From Bdellovibrionales bacterium (lineage in GTDB: Bacteria; Bdellovibrionota; Bdellovibrionia; Bdellovibrionales; UBA1609), in contig CBDBIB010000002.1 of assembly GCA_965205945.1 (NCBI GenBank), positions 96,001 through 160,000 on the forward strand: 64,000 bases of DNA, given 5' to 3'. Below, one piece after another: positions 38,113 through 48,994 of this stretch. The translations under genes and the position numbers were made by a program. Under the pieces are notes generated by a model. It was not told the DNA's origin, did not search any database, and saw only the letters and a list, made by a program, of their open reading frames with translations. Position 1 is the stretch's first letter. Each line of letters starts with the position of its first letter.

Positions 38113-39144
38113 ATGTTACCAGGAAAAATTAATCAGTTGGTTGAAGATAACTATTTTAAGGCTCTAACCCAGATCAATCAGGCTATGGACTCTAGTTCGT
38201 TGTATGAAGTTAAAGTAAAGTATTTTGGGAAACAAGGAAAGTTTACTTCTATTTTAAAGGGCTTAAGTAAACTGTCTAAAGAGGAGCGTCCAGAGGCTGG
38301 AAGAATTGTAAATATTAAAAAACAAGAGCTTTTAAAAGCTTATGAGGCTAGGCAAGAAGAACTGGATAAAGCTGAGTTAGATTTAGTTATCTTAAAAGAA
38401 ACATTTAATTTTTCAATTCCTAGAAAAAGAGAATCTTTAGGGAGTCAACACCCAATTACAAAGATTACTGATGAAATGGTAAGTATACTTTTAAAAATTG
38501 GTTTTTCTGTAAGAACAGGTCCTCATATTGAAAGCGATGAGAATAATTTTTCAAAATTAAACTTCCCCAAAGATCATCCTGCTCGTGATATGCAAGACAC
38601 TTTTTATATTGATTCTAATTATGTTTTAAGAACTCATACATCGCCAATTCAGATTAGAACATTAGAGAGTGAACCCTTACCTTTACGAATATTGGCTCCA
38701 GGTTCAGTTTTTAGATGTGATTCAGATATTAGTCATTCACCAAATTTTAATCAAATTGAAGGCCTTTATGTAGATAAGAATGTTTCAATGTCTCATTTAA
38801 AGGGAATTATAGGATATTTTGTAAGAGAGCTTTTTGGGAAAAAAACAAGAATAAGGTTTAGGCCAAGTTTTTTTCCATTTACAGAGCCTTCTGCAGAAGT
38901 AGATTGCACTTGTCTTCTTTGTAGTGAAAAAGGCTGTAGGGTTTGTTCTAATACTGGATGGATTGAAATTGGTGGGTGTGGGCTTATTCATCCTAATGTT
39001 TTAACTAATTGTGGAATTAATAGTGAGGAGTGGCAAGGCTTAGCTTTTGGCTTTGGAGCGGAAAGAATGGCTATGATTAAATATGGCATAGGTGATATTA
39101 AGTTATTTAACGAAAATCTAATTAGTTTTGTGGAGCAGTTTTAA
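38113..39144 (+). CDS. pheS: Phenylalanine-tRNA ligase alpha subunit
   Basis: HPARDMQDTFY, LRTHTSP and RPSFFPFTEPS motifs. Confidence 0.98.
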   Translation: MLPGKINQLVEDNYFKALTQINQAMDSSSLYEVKVKYFGKQGKFTSILKGLSKLSKEERPEAGRIVNIKKQELLKAYEARQEELDKAELDLVILKETFNFSIPRKRESLGSQHPITKITDEMVSILLKIGFSVRTGPHIESDENNFSKLNFPKDHPARDMQDTFYIDSNYVLRTHTSPIQIRTLESEPLPLRILAPGSVFRCDSDISHSPNFNQIEGLYVDKNVSMSHLKGIIGYFVRELFGKKTRIRFRPSFFPFTEPSAEVDCTCLLCSEKGCRVCSNTGWIEIGGCGLIHPNVLTNCGINSEEWQGLAFGFGAERMAMIKYGIGDIKLFNENLISFVEQF

Positions 39145-41531
39145 TGAAACTATCTTTAAAATGGTTAAGCGATTATGTTGATGTTTCTAATTTTTTTAAT
39201 GAACCAATGATTCTTGCAGAAAAACTTACAAGTGTAGGCTTAGAGGTTGAAGAAGTGGTTTTGCAAGCAAAAGACTTTAGAAATGTTGTAGTTGGAAAAA
39301 TTGAAAAATTAGAAAAACATCCTGATGCTGAAAAGCTAACATATTGTAGTGTCAATATAGGAAAAGAAATTTTAAAAATTATTTGTGGAGCAAAGAATCA
39401 TAAAAAAGGTGATAAAGTTTGTGTAGCAACTATAGGAGCTATTCTTCCTGGAAATTTTAAGATTAAGAAATCTAAAATAAGAGGAGTTCAAAGCTTTGGT
39501 ATGCTTTGTTCTAAAGGTGAATTAGGTTTGACTGATAAAAAAGAAGAGGGTATTTTAATTCTTCCTAAAGATGCACCTATTGGGGAATCTTTTTCTAAGT
39601 ATTATGGTTATGATGATGTGACCTTTGAAGTGAATGTTACACCAAATAGAGCTGATTGTTTAAGCCATTTAGGCTTGGCTCGAGAGATTTCAACACTGTT
39701 TAAACGCCCACTTAAAGAAAAAGTGACTTTAAAAAATTTAAAGTTTGAAGATAAAGAATCTATTTTAGTAGAGTTAAAAAATTCAAGGCTTTGTCCTCGT
39801 TATATGGGGCAAATGATCTTTGATGTTAAAGTAGGGCCTAGTCCAAAATGGTTAGTTAAGAAACTTGAATCAGTGGGAATAAGCTCTATTAATAATATAG
39901 TGGATGTTACAAACTATATAATGATAGATAGTGGTCAACCTCTTCATGCATTTGATACAGACTTAATTAATGGGAATACTATTATAGTTGATAACGCTGT
40001 AAGTGGTGAAAGTTTTTTAAGTCTTGATGGAACTAAGTATACTTTAAGTGGTCAAGAACTGACTATTAGAGATTCTAAAGGGCCTATTGCTTTAGCAGGA
40101 GTTATTGGTGGAAAAAATTCTGGAGTTAGAGAAAAAACGAGTAATATTTTTATTGAAGCTGCACATTTTATTCCTTCAGGGGTTAGAATAACATCACGAT
40201 CTTTAGGTATTGACACAGATTCAGCATATAGATTTTCTAGAGGAACAGATGAGTCACGTGTGGGTAAAGGTTTGGCTGAAGCAGTAGCCCTTGTTTTAGA
40301 AGTAGCTGGGGGTAGTCTGAGTAAAAAAATTGTTGAATTCTATCCGAATAAAAAAGAGATTAAAGTAATTTTTGTTTTACAGGCATATATAAATCAACGC
40401 TTAGGGTTTATTGTTGAAGAAAAAGAAGTTGAAAAATGTTTTTTAAGCTTGGGTTTTAAAGCTTTGTTTAAAGATGGTATGTGGAGTGTTAAACCTGCTA
40501 AATATCGTTGGGATATTCAAATTAAAGAGGATTTAGTCGAAGAAATTGGAAGAATTATAGGATATAATAATATCCCGGAAGTACTGCCTGCTGTTTTTGG
40601 TTGTCCGCAAGATGAGAATTCTAATTATAATAATTTTAAGATCTTAAGATCTAACTTATTAGGTTTAGGCTTTAATGAGGCTGTTCATTATAATTTTTAT
40701 TCAAATGATGAAGAGGTTTTTTGGGGTAATGAAATGTTGCCTTTAATGGGTGAAGGAGACAAAAAAATAGTAAGTATTCAAAATCCATTAAGTTTAGATC
40801 TTTCAAAAATGAGAACATCAATGTTTCCTCAATTTGTTTCAAATTATATTAAAAATTGGAGGCTTGGCACTAAATCTGGAAAAATTTTTGAAATTGGAAA
40901 AGCTCATTTTAAATCAAAGGATAATAAATATACAGAAACTAATTATTTGTGTGGTGTGATTTGGATGCAAGATCAAAAAGCTTCTTATACTCTTGAAAAA
41001 CTTATGGGAATAGTTTCTAAGCTTTTTCAGGCCTGGGGAGTTTTTAAATGGAAGGCTGAGGGTTTAGGTGATAAGGCTATGAGTGCTTTTCACCCTAATT
41101 TATCAGCAAAACTTTTTTCTGAAAGCAAGGAAATAGGGTATGTTTTTTCTTTGAATCCAAGAATAGCTAAGAAAAATAAAGTTCCTGCAAATTTTTGTGG
41201 TTTTGAGATTAATTTAGATCAGTTTTTAAAAGGAAAACCTAGACCTAAGAAGTTTAAAGAATTTTCAAGATTTCCTATTGTTGAAAGAGATTTTTCCGTA
41301 ATTGTGGATCAAAATTTTTTATATGATAAAATCCTTAAAAGAGTTAGAAAAACTACGGATAAAATTTTTAAAAGCCTTGAAATACACGATATTTACCAAG
41401 GAAATAATATTCCAGAAGGAAAAATATCAGTAACATTTAAGGCTAGATTTCAAGCTAAAGATAGAACTTTATCTGAGGAGGAATTAAAGATTATGCAGAA
41501 AAAAATACTAGGAGAATTAGCAAGTTTATAG
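39144..41531 (+). CDS. pheT: Phenylalanine-tRNA ligase beta subunit
   Basis: HPDAEKL, TPNRADCLS, DLVEEIGRI and FDX-ACB C-terminus. Confidence 0.97.
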   Translation: MKLSLKWLSDYVDVSNFFNEPMILAEKLTSVGLEVEEVVLQAKDFRNVVVGKIEKLEKHPDAEKLTYCSVNIGKEILKIICGAKNHKKGDKVCVATIGAILPGNFKIKKSKIRGVQSFGMLCSKGELGLTDKKEEGILILPKDAPIGESFSKYYGYDDVTFEVNVTPNRADCLSHLGLAREISTLFKRPLKEKVTLKNLKFEDKESILVELKNSRLCPRYMGQMIFDVKVGPSPKWLVKKLESVGISSINNIVDVTNYIMIDSGQPLHAFDTDLINGNTIIVDNAVSGESFLSLDGTKYTLSGQELTIRDSKGPIALAGVIGGKNSGVREKTSNIFIEAAHFIPSGVRITSRSLGIDTDSAYRFSRGTDESRVGKGLAEAVALVLEVAGGSLSKKIVEFYPNKKEIKVIFVLQAYINQRLGFIVEEKEVEKCFLSLGFKALFKDGMWSVKPAKYRWDIQIKEDLVEEIGRIIGYNNIPEVLPAVFGCPQDENSNYNNFKILRSNLLGLGFNEAVHYNFYSNDEEVFWGNEMLPLMGEGDKKIVSIQNPLSLDLSKMRTSMFPQFVSNYIKNWRLGTKSGKIFEIGKAHFKSKDNKYTETNYLCGVIWMQDQKASYTLEKLMGIVSKLFQAWGVFKWKAEGLGDKAMSAFHPNLSAKLFSESKEIGYVFSLNPRIAKKNKVPANFCGFEINLDQFLKGKPRPKKFKEFSRFPIVERDFSVIVDQNFLYDKILKRVRKTTDKIFKSLEIHDIYQGNNIPEGKISVTFKARFQAKDRTLSEEELKIMQKKILGELASL

Positions 41532-41562
41532 GTAGAATATAAGTAATATTAAAGGGAGGCTT

Positions 41563-41886
41563 ATGGCTAATGAGCAAAGATCTGAAAAAGGGAAGACACT
41601 TACCAAGTTAGATTTGGTTGAGAGTGTTTATGAGAAAATTGGATTTTCAAAAAAAGAGGCTGCAGAATTTGTTGAGTCTATTTTTGCAGAAATTAAATTA
41701 AAATTGATTGCTGGTGATAAAGTTAAAATATCAGGTTTTGGCAACTTTGTAGTGAATGATAAAAAACCAAGAAAAGGAAGGAATCCTCAAACAGGTGAAC
41801 AAATTATAATTTCAGGAAGAAGAGTTTTAACTTTTAAATCTAGCCAAATTTTAAAAGAAAAAATTAATGATAAAGGGGGCAAATAG
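41563..41886 (+). CDS. ihfA: Integration host factor alpha
   Basis: LTKLDL, KISGFGNF and GRNPQTG motifs; follows pheT. Confidence 0.93.
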   Translation: MANEQRSEKGKTLTKLDLVESVYEKIGFSKKEAAEFVESIFAEIKLKLIAGDKVKISGFGNFVVNDKKPRKGRNPQTGEQIIISGRRVLTFKSSQILKEKINDKGGK

Positions 41887-42311
41887 TGGATACTATTTTA
41901 TTAACTCCAAAAGATATTAAACTAGATAAAGACTATGACGCAAACTTAGAGGTGTTACTAAGCTTAGTGCCTAATAAGATGGCGTTTAAGATTGGTGAAA
42001 TTTCAGATATGCTTGGCCTTAAAAAACATGTTTTAAGGTATTGGGAGTCTGAGTTTCAAGATCTAAAACCTAAAAAATCTAGTAAGAATCAAAGAATGTA
42101 TACTAGAAGAGAGATTGAGCTTTTACTTATGATTCGAAAATTTCTTTATGTGGATAAATTTTCTATATCAGGAACGCGAAGATCTTTAAGATATTGGAAA
42201 AAAGAAAAAAAACAAAAGAAAAAATTTTCTTTAACAAATAAACTAGATCATCTTCAGGATGATTTAAAATCTTTGATAATAGATATTAGGAGTATTAAGG
42301 GTATTTTGTGA
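41886..42311 (+). CDS. MerR family transcriptional regulator
   Basis: FKIGEIS...HVLRYWESEF; conserved position after ihfA. Confidence 0.9.
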   Translation: MDTILLTPKDIKLDKDYDANLEVLLSLVPNKMAFKIGEISDMLGLKKHVLRYWESEFQDLKPKKSSKNQRMYTRREIELLLMIRKFLYVDKFSISGTRRSLRYWKKEKKQKKKFSLTNKLDHLQDDLKSLIIDIRSIKGIL

Positions 42312-42465
42312 TTTAACTTTTTTTTTAATCTTTAAGCAGCAATAGTTCCATATAAGGATAAGAATAAGTTTAAACGACTTAAGGGGTTTGAGTTGTGGAG
42401 TGTTTAAGATGAGAAATTTATTTAGAAAAAAAAATGATTCAATTCAACTGTCTTAGAGTTTCTTT

Positions 42466-42984
42466 ATGATTCGCTATTTTCAATTTGCTGCAAAAACTAA
42501 AGTTTTGATTTTAACCTTTATTGGAATTTTTTTCTTTGCTCTGGTAATCTTTCCTAACATTCCTTTAGGTGCTGAGACCCTTGATACACAATTTCAATAT
42601 GATTTTATGCTTGTTCAAAAACTAATGGCTCAATATGGCAAAGATGGTCGTTATACCTATTTAATTATGAGTTCTACTTTAGACATGTTATTTCCATTGA
42701 TCTATGGGACTTTTTTTGCAGGGCTAATTTATCGGTTTCGTATAAATAACTTGTTTGGTTGGTTTGCTGTTATTTCGGTTATAGCAGGTTGCACTGATCT
42801 TAGTGAAAACATTCAGGTTATAACGCTGCTATTACAGTATCCTGACATTTCACAAGGTCTGGTGCAAAGTGCATCATGGGCTACAAAAATTAAATGGAAT
42901 ATGGTGATTGTGACCAATCTTATTGCTGCAACCTGCGTCTTATTAGCAGCAGGTAAATTTGTTGCTAAGAAATTTGAAAAATAA
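42466..42984 (+). CDS. Four-TM membrane protein, unknown function
   Basis: Hydrophobic segments; LDMLFPLIYG and DLSEN motifs. Confidence 0.75.
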   Translation: MIRYFQFAAKTKVLILTFIGIFFFALVIFPNIPLGAETLDTQFQYDFMLVQKLMAQYGKDGRYTYLIMSSTLDMLFPLIYGTFFAGLIYRFRINNLFGWFAVISVIAGCTDLSENIQVITLLLQYPDISQGLVQSASWATKIKWNMVIVTNLIAATCVLLAAGKFVAKKFEK

Positions 42985-43389
42985 TATTTATAAATAATAG
43001 GTTTTTAAAGAGTAGCAAAAAGGATTTTAGAGTGGCTAGGAGGCATAATTTGTAGAGCTTTTAAACGCCGGATTGAAACTAAGGGGCCATATATAGGTTA
43101 TTTAGTAATTATAAAAAATTATGCAACTACTCTTTACTTATGAAATTTAATTTTTTACTTTGCTAAAAATAAATGTAGAAAAGCTCCTTAGTGGTGAAAA
43201 TAAAGGTTAGGCAGGTTTTAAAAATTAAGGGTTATCTTAATGGTATTAGGTATATACTTAATAAAAAAACAGGTTATTTCTTAAAACACTCGATTTTAGC
43301 GCTGGTAAGGTTAGCTAAGCATAATTACGCACAGCGTTTAAATTTTATCTATTCATAGAATTTTAAATATATTCCTTTAAATTAACTCA

Positions 43390-44367
43390 ATGCTTTTAAG
43401 TTTTTTATTTATTACAATTTTAGTCTTTTATTTTATTTCAATGGCTTATGTTTATCTTTATAGAGGCGAGGCCCGCTATGCAAGCATTTCTGAATACCTT
43501 AGAAAAGGGTGGCCTATTTTTGCTCCGTTTAATTGCATGCTTTATATATTTACAAAAAAAAGAGCACAAAGAGCAATCATGGATAATAACCTTTACCCTG
43601 AACTTAAAGAAATCACTGATAACTGGAAGAGTATTAAACAAGAAGGTCTTAGCCTTTTAAATAACAAGTTTTTTGATAAAACTACTAATGCTAAATCAAG
43701 TTCATATTACGATCTAGGGTTTAGAACTTTTTATAAATATGGGTGGAGTAAATTCTATCTTACTTGGTATGGCCATACTCATTTTTCAGCTAAAAAACTT
43801 TGCCCAAAAACTGTTAAAATAGTTAATAAATGTAAATCTGTAAATGGTGCGATGTTTACAATTCTTCCTCCTGGCTCAAAACTTACAAGGCATTTAGACC
43901 CTATTGCATGTTCTTTAAGGTATCATTTAGGCCTTCAGACTCCGAACTCAAATGATTGTTATATTAGTATTGATGATAAAATCTATTCATGGAAAGATGG
44001 TGAATCACTTTTATTTGATGAAACATATCTTCATTATGCACACAATGACACTGATACAAATAGGTTGATTTTAATGTGTGATATTGAGCGTCCAATGAAT
44101 ATATTTGGAAAAATCTTTAATCTTTTTTATAAAATATTCATGAAGTTTACAGTTGTTCCAAATATGATTGGAGATAAACGTGGATTAATAAATACAATAT
44201 TTTCTTTTATATCCCCTGTTTTAAAAAAATCAAAAAAACTTAAAAATAAAAACAAGTTATTATATCTACTTTTAAAATATAGCATAAACATTACTCTTAT
44301 AGCTCTTCTACTTTTTATTATTTTAAAATTAGTGAGGCTTGGAATGTTTTTAGTTCAAAATTTGTAG
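43390..44367 (+). CDS. Aspartyl/asparaginyl beta-hydroxylase family protein (LpxO-like lipid A hydroxylase)
   Basis: Terminal TM helices; WSKFYLTWY, HLDP..SLRYHLGL, FDETYLH Fe(II)/2-oxoglutarate motifs. Confidence 0.87.
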   Translation: MLLSFLFITILVFYFISMAYVYLYRGEARYASISEYLRKGWPIFAPFNCMLYIFTKKRAQRAIMDNNLYPELKEITDNWKSIKQEGLSLLNNKFFDKTTNAKSSSYYDLGFRTFYKYGWSKFYLTWYGHTHFSAKKLCPKTVKIVNKCKSVNGAMFTILPPGSKLTRHLDPIACSLRYHLGLQTPNSNDCYISIDDKIYSWKDGESLLFDETYLHYAHNDTDTNRLILMCDIERPMNIFGKIFNLFYKIFMKFTVVPNMIGDKRGLINTIFSFISPVLKKSKKLKNKNKLLYLLLKYSINITLIALLLFIILKLVRLGMFLVQNL

Positions 44368-44482
44368 TAAAAAAATAAGCACTGGTTTATAGAAACTAAG
44401 GCAATTCTACGTCTTAAAAGTAGGTTTAAAAAGTTATAAATTACTTTTAAGCCACTGCCACTGTAATGGATTAACAGTATTT

Positions 44483-45874
44483 TTAAAATTTTATTTTAGA
44501 ATAATCTTTTTCTAAAAGCTTTAATTTTTTACGATCAACCTTTGGGATTTTATATTTATTTGCTAATATAAGTATATTTATATGATCTATGATTAAATAT
44601 TTTCTTAAAGCATCATTTACATCAGTCAGATTTAAATTTATGATTTTATTTAAATATGTATATAAAAGTTCACCCTTAATACCGCGAGAAACTAAGTCTA
44701 AATACAAGTTAGCTTCTTGCTCTTTAGTCTCCATATTTCTTAGAAATTGACCTTTCATAATGGCTATTGTTTTATCAAGCTCTATTTGAGTGATGCCATT
44801 TACTGCTGTGTCAGCGATAATCTTTTTAGCTTTAGTAATAAATTCTAAAACCTTATTATGTCTTACGCCACCAGAAATACCTATGATACCACCATCTTGC
44901 ATAGCCAGGAGATTTGCGTACACTCCATAAGTAAGGCCACTTTTAATTCTAAGTTCTTGATTAAGTCGGCTTTTAAAAGATCCACCTAAAACGCTGAGTC
45001 CAACTTTAAGAGCTTCGTAGTCTTCTGAGCTTCTATCAATTGCTGAAAAACCTATAGAAATATTTGCTTGCTGTAAATCTTTTTTATGAAAAAGCACAGA
45101 TTCCTTTATTTTTTCTGCAACTTTAACTCTGTTAAGCTTAGTTTCTTGAATTTCTTTTTTTAAATCCGTAAACCTTGAAAGAATAAAGGCTTCAGCATCC
45201 TCAGACCAATCTCCAATAAAAGCAATTTTTAAATTTTTTGCCTCCATGATTTGATCATATCTTTTTAAAACTTCACTGCGTTTTAGTTTAGGTAAAGATT
45301 TTAATGATCCTGTTGTAAACTTGCTATATTCATGTTTTTGAAACATTAACTGAGAAAATGCAATTTTTGCTAACGTCTTAGGATCATCTGCCATGGATTT
45401 TATTTCTGCAGTTTTTTTAAGTTTAACATCTAAAATAGAATTGTTATCAAATTTTGGAGATAGAATTACCTCAGTGAAAAGCTTTGTAATTTCTAAAGAA
45501 TCTTCTGTTAAACCTTGGGCTGTAAAAATAATTTGATCATTTAAAACAGAAGTTAAAAAAGAAGCTCCTAAATTAGTAAATTTTTGACTAATCTCTTTTT
45601 TAGTATGTTTTAAAGAGCCTTCAATTAAAAGATTTGCTGTTAAATGTGTAATACCTTGTTGATCTATAGGCTCATAAGCACTTCCTTTAGAAGACCAAAC
45701 TATAATTTGAAAAGACGGTAATGATTGATCCTTAAAACTTAGCACCTCAATACCATTTTGAAGGTTTTTCTTCTTTAAGTTTGTTTTAAAATTTTTATTT
45801 CCTGTTTGGCAGTTTAAATTAAAAACTGTGCTAATTAGAATTAAACTAATAGTTATTAATTTTTTTTTAATCAT
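44483..45874 (-). CDS. M16 family peptidase, non-catalytic subunit
   Basis: M16 features (SRLNQELRIKSGLTYG) without HxxEH; possible lipoprotein leader. Confidence 0.88.
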   Translation of the reverse strand: MIKKKLITISLILISTVFNLNCQTGNKNFKTNLKKKNLQNGIEVLSFKDQSLPSFQIIVWSSKGSAYEPIDQQGITHLTANLLIEGSLKHTKKEISQKFTNLGASFLTSVLNDQIIFTAQGLTEDSLEITKLFTEVILSPKFDNNSILDVKLKKTAEIKSMADDPKTLAKIAFSQLMFQKHEYSKFTTGSLKSLPKLKRSEVLKRYDQIMEAKNLKIAFIGDWSEDAEAFILSRFTDLKKEIQETKLNRVKVAEKIKESVLFHKKDLQQANISIGFSAIDRSSEDYEALKVGLSVLGGSFKSRLNQELRIKSGLTYGVYANLLAMQDGGIIGISGGVRHNKVLEFITKAKKIIADTAVNGITQIELDKTIAIMKGQFLRNMETKEQEANLYLDLVSRGIKGELLYTYLNKIINLNLTDVNDALRKYLIIDHINILILANKYKIPKVDRKKLKLLEKDYSKIKF

Positions 45875-47178
45875 TTCCCTACCTCAACTATATTTAATTT
45901 AGCTATATTTAAATACTTTTTAGCAATTTCATTAATCTTTTTTAATGAAACTTTTTGATATTTTTCTGTATGTGTGAATAAACGGTTATAATCTTTAAAT
46001 AACAATTCATTAAAAGCAAGACCTCTGGCCTTGCCACTTAGTGTTTTATATCCATTTATCATAGAAACTTTCATTTGTTTTTTTGCAGCATTAAGTTCCT
46101 CTAAGGTTACACCTTTTTTAGCTGTTTTAGCAAGTATATCTTTAAATGTTATTTTCATTTTTAAAGAGCTTATCCCTGGTCTTAATGTATTAAAAAATAA
46201 TAAGATTCCTTTTCCTGAAGGTGTAAAATTCCACTGGCTAACACTAAGGTTATATTTTTTTTCTTCAACAAGCTCTTTATAAAGTCTGCTTGAAGTTCCA
46301 TCTGCTAGTATTGAGGCTAAAAGATCAAGGGCATAAACATCTTTTTCATGAATGGAAGTTCCAGGAAGTGATGTTGCAATGATTGTTGATTCAACAGGCT
46401 TTTTGATTTTTGTATAAAGTCCACCTCTTGTAAAAATTTTAGATTCAACAGTTTTTCTAGAAATTGTTTTAGCTTTATTTTTTCCAAAATATTTTTTAAT
46501 CCATTTTTTAGCTTTTAAAATTTTAAAATCTCCGACTATGACTAAGACAGCATTATTGGGTGCATAGTAATTTTTATAAAATTCCTTAAAATCTTGAGTA
46601 TCTGAATCTTTTAAATGCTTCATAGAACCAATAACAGGCCATTTGTATGGACTTTGAAGATAAGCATTTAAAAATAATTTTTCAAATGCCAGCCCTGAAG
46701 GACTATTTTCAATACGCATTCTACGTTCTTCTTTAACAACCTCACGTTCTCTTTTAATTTTATCTTGCGTAAGCTCTAAGTTCACCATTCGATCAGCTTC
46801 TAGTTCTAAAACTTTTTTTAAAGTTCCTGCGGGCATTTGAACATAATATCCTGTATAATCACGAGTGGTAAAAGCATTATTTACACCACCATTTTTCTCT
46901 ATGGTATTATCATAAACACCCTCTTTATGTTTAGTTGTGCCTTTAAACATTAAGTGTTCAAAAAAATGGGCAAGACCTGTTCTATTAGGATTTTCGTCAC
47001 TTGAACCTACGTCATACCATAAGTGTAGGGAGTACATTGCAAGCCTATTGTCTTGGTGTAGTAAAACGGTCATACCGTTATCTAAGTTATACTTATGAAC
47101 TTTAAATTTTTTTAGTTGAGCAGAAACTGCAAAAGAAAAAAATACTGAGCATAAAATTAAATGCCTTAAGAACTTCAT
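45871..47178 (-). CDS. M16 family zinc peptidase, catalytic subunit
   Basis: GLAHFFEHLMFKGT, NAFT, EREVVKEERR; signal peptide. Confidence 0.94.
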   Translation of the reverse strand: MKFLRHLILCSVFFSFAVSAQLKKFKVHKYNLDNGMTVLLHQDNRLAMYSLHLWYDVGSSDENPNRTGLAHFFEHLMFKGTTKHKEGVYDNTIEKNGGVNNAFTTRDYTGYYVQMPAGTLKKVLELEADRMVNLELTQDKIKREREVVKEERRMRIENSPSGLAFEKLFLNAYLQSPYKWPVIGSMKHLKDSDTQDFKEFYKNYYAPNNAVLVIVGDFKILKAKKWIKKYFGKNKAKTISRKTVESKIFTRGGLYTKIKKPVESTIIATSLPGTSIHEKDVYALDLLASILADGTSSRLYKELVEEKKYNLSVSQWNFTPSGKGILLFFNTLRPGISSLKMKITFKDILAKTAKKGVTLEELNAAKKQMKVSMINGYKTLSGKARGLAFNELLFKDYNRLFTHTEKYQKVSLKKINEIAKKYLNIAKLNIVEVGK

Positions 47179-47335
47179 TTTTACCTACTTTTAAAGTAAA
47201 TCTAAAAAATTATAGATTTAAATCATAAGGCTAACAGATTCTTTTTAAACTTTAAACTACTTCTTTAACTACATTAAGGTATGCCCTTGGTCTGTGAACG
47301 CTTTTTGCATGACTCTTTCTTTTTAGGGGAGACGC

Positions 47336-47554
47336 ATGAAATTTTATCAACAAATTGATTATAATAATTTTGTATTAGATTCTACAAACTCTAAACATCA
47401 TGAGTTTTATAAAGATCAAAACCACTGCTGTTTTTGTGGACATGAGCTAGAGATCAAGACTATTAAGAGAACTGGACAAAATAAACTTGAAGAAGAGGGT
47501 AAATGCCCCTCTTGTAATGAATATATTATTAAAAAAAAACATGATATTCAATAA
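47336..47554 (+). CDS. Small zinc-ribbon protein
   Basis: GGGAG RBS; CCFCG...CPSC. Confidence 0.7.
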   Translation: MKFYQQIDYNNFVLDSTNSKHHEFYKDQNHCCFCGHELEIKTIKRTGQNKLEEEGKCPSCNEYIIKKKHDIQ

Positions 47555-47577
47555 ATCTAGTTTTTTTTAGTGATCTG

Positions 47578-48753
47578 TCAATTATTTGTCTTTTTCATAA
47601 ATGCTGTCATTAAAATGATCAATGCTAAAGACATCAGTACTGGAACTGAATATATTGCTTTATCTATTCCATAAAGATCAGTAAGCTTTCCAACAACCAT
47701 GTGAAGACCAACTACAAACATGGATGATATTGCAATTATCCTAGCTATTAAAACATCAAATTGTTCAGGCCACATATTAGATATTTCATCCATTACAATT
47801 GGAAAGACTGGGGCAAAAGAGGCACCCATTAATGAGAAAAAATATGTTGAAACATTATACCCTAAAAAAATGAAACCAAGAGATGTAATTAAACAGGTCA
47901 GTAAAATTTTTAAAGCTGAGATATGAAAATTCATGAAAAAAAATAAAAACCTTATAAAAAACATTGCTAAAAAGAATAAGAATAAATGCTGTGATGCTCG
48001 TTCAAAGTTTAAACCTAAACCGTTTAAAAACACAACAAGCCTTGTTGACATAATAAGCTCAGATGCAATGTAAAAAGATAAAAACAGTACCCATATTATA
48101 ACCCAAAAATTAGATAATGGTGGAGGAGGTATTTTTTTTATCTTAATTTTTTTTTTCTCTTCTTTTAAAAAAAATAAAGATACTATAAAGGGGCAAGATA
48201 AAAAAAAGACTCCAATTAAAAGCCAATTCCAAGGAAGAATATTTTTTAATTTTAAGATTGTTAATGGAGCTGTCATTGCTGCTAAAGCATAAAAACAGTG
48301 TAGAAGTGAAAAAAGTTGACGTCTGAGTTCTATTTTTTTCACTAGGCTTATTAAAATATTTTGTCCAACAGCCGTCCAGCCAAGTCCTAGACCAAACAAA
48401 AATGCTGTTATTAAAGCCCCACTTAAATTAGGAAATAAAATTAAACCTAGTGGACTGCTCCCCATTCCTAAACCACCTAGAAAAAGAAGTTTTTTAAGTC
48501 CCCATTTTTTAAGAATTGAATCTGCTAAAGCTGAAGATAAAATAGTGATAAAAGACGTTACTGCAAAAAACAAAGCTCCTTTAGATGCACTTTCTTTGGT
48601 GGCTTCTAAAAAAATTGGAAAAAATGGACTTCTTGCATTATCCATCCATCCTAAGGCAAAAAGAGATAAGCATGCAACAAGCACAGGAAGGTAATCTGAT
48701 TTAGTAAATTTATGCATAATATTTATCTTTATATAAAAGATCGATTTTAGCAT
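47578..48753 (-). CDS. MFS transporter (start possibly 48717)
   Basis: About 12 hydrophobic segments; LADSILKKWG motif-A-like and GKLTDLYG. Confidence 0.85.
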   Translation of the reverse strand: MLKSIFYIKINIMHKFTKSDYLPVLVACLSLFALGWMDNARSPFFPIFLEATKESASKGALFFAVTSFITILSSALADSILKKWGLKKLLFLGGLGMGSSPLGLILFPNLSGALITAFLFGLGLGWTAVGQNILISLVKKIELRRQLFSLLHCFYALAAMTAPLTILKLKNILPWNWLLIGVFFLSCPFIVSLFFLKEEKKKIKIKKIPPPPLSNFWVIIWVLFLSFYIASELIMSTRLVVFLNGLGLNFERASQHLFLFFLAMFFIRFLFFFMNFHISALKILLTCLITSLGFIFLGYNVSTYFFSLMGASFAPVFPIVMDEISNMWPEQFDVLIARIIAISSMFVVGLHMVVGKLTDLYGIDKAIYSVPVLMSLALIILMTAFMKKTNN

Positions 48754-48994
48754 ACATAATTTAAAGATACTAAGGTATTTTTTATTAGATCTTTTTAAGC
48801 TTAAACCTTAAAAAGAAGCTAAAGATTTGATTTAATTAGAATTTTAAGACAAATAAATTTTATAAAGTAAAAATAAAAGAAAGTAATATTGCACCACAGC
48901 TATTTTTATAAATTGTAAGATCAAGGGTTTAAAATTTTGCTTAATTAAAACTGTAAGAATCTTATTCTTAGATTATAACTTTTTAAATAATAGA

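Noticed and set aside
42312..42465. tRNA-Pro often found after ihfA-merR
   Set aside because: No cloverleaf or T-loop motif is present.
47294..47309. Sigma-54 promoter before the zinc-ribbon gene
   Set aside because: GTGAACG-N4-TTGCA lacks the invariant -24 GG.
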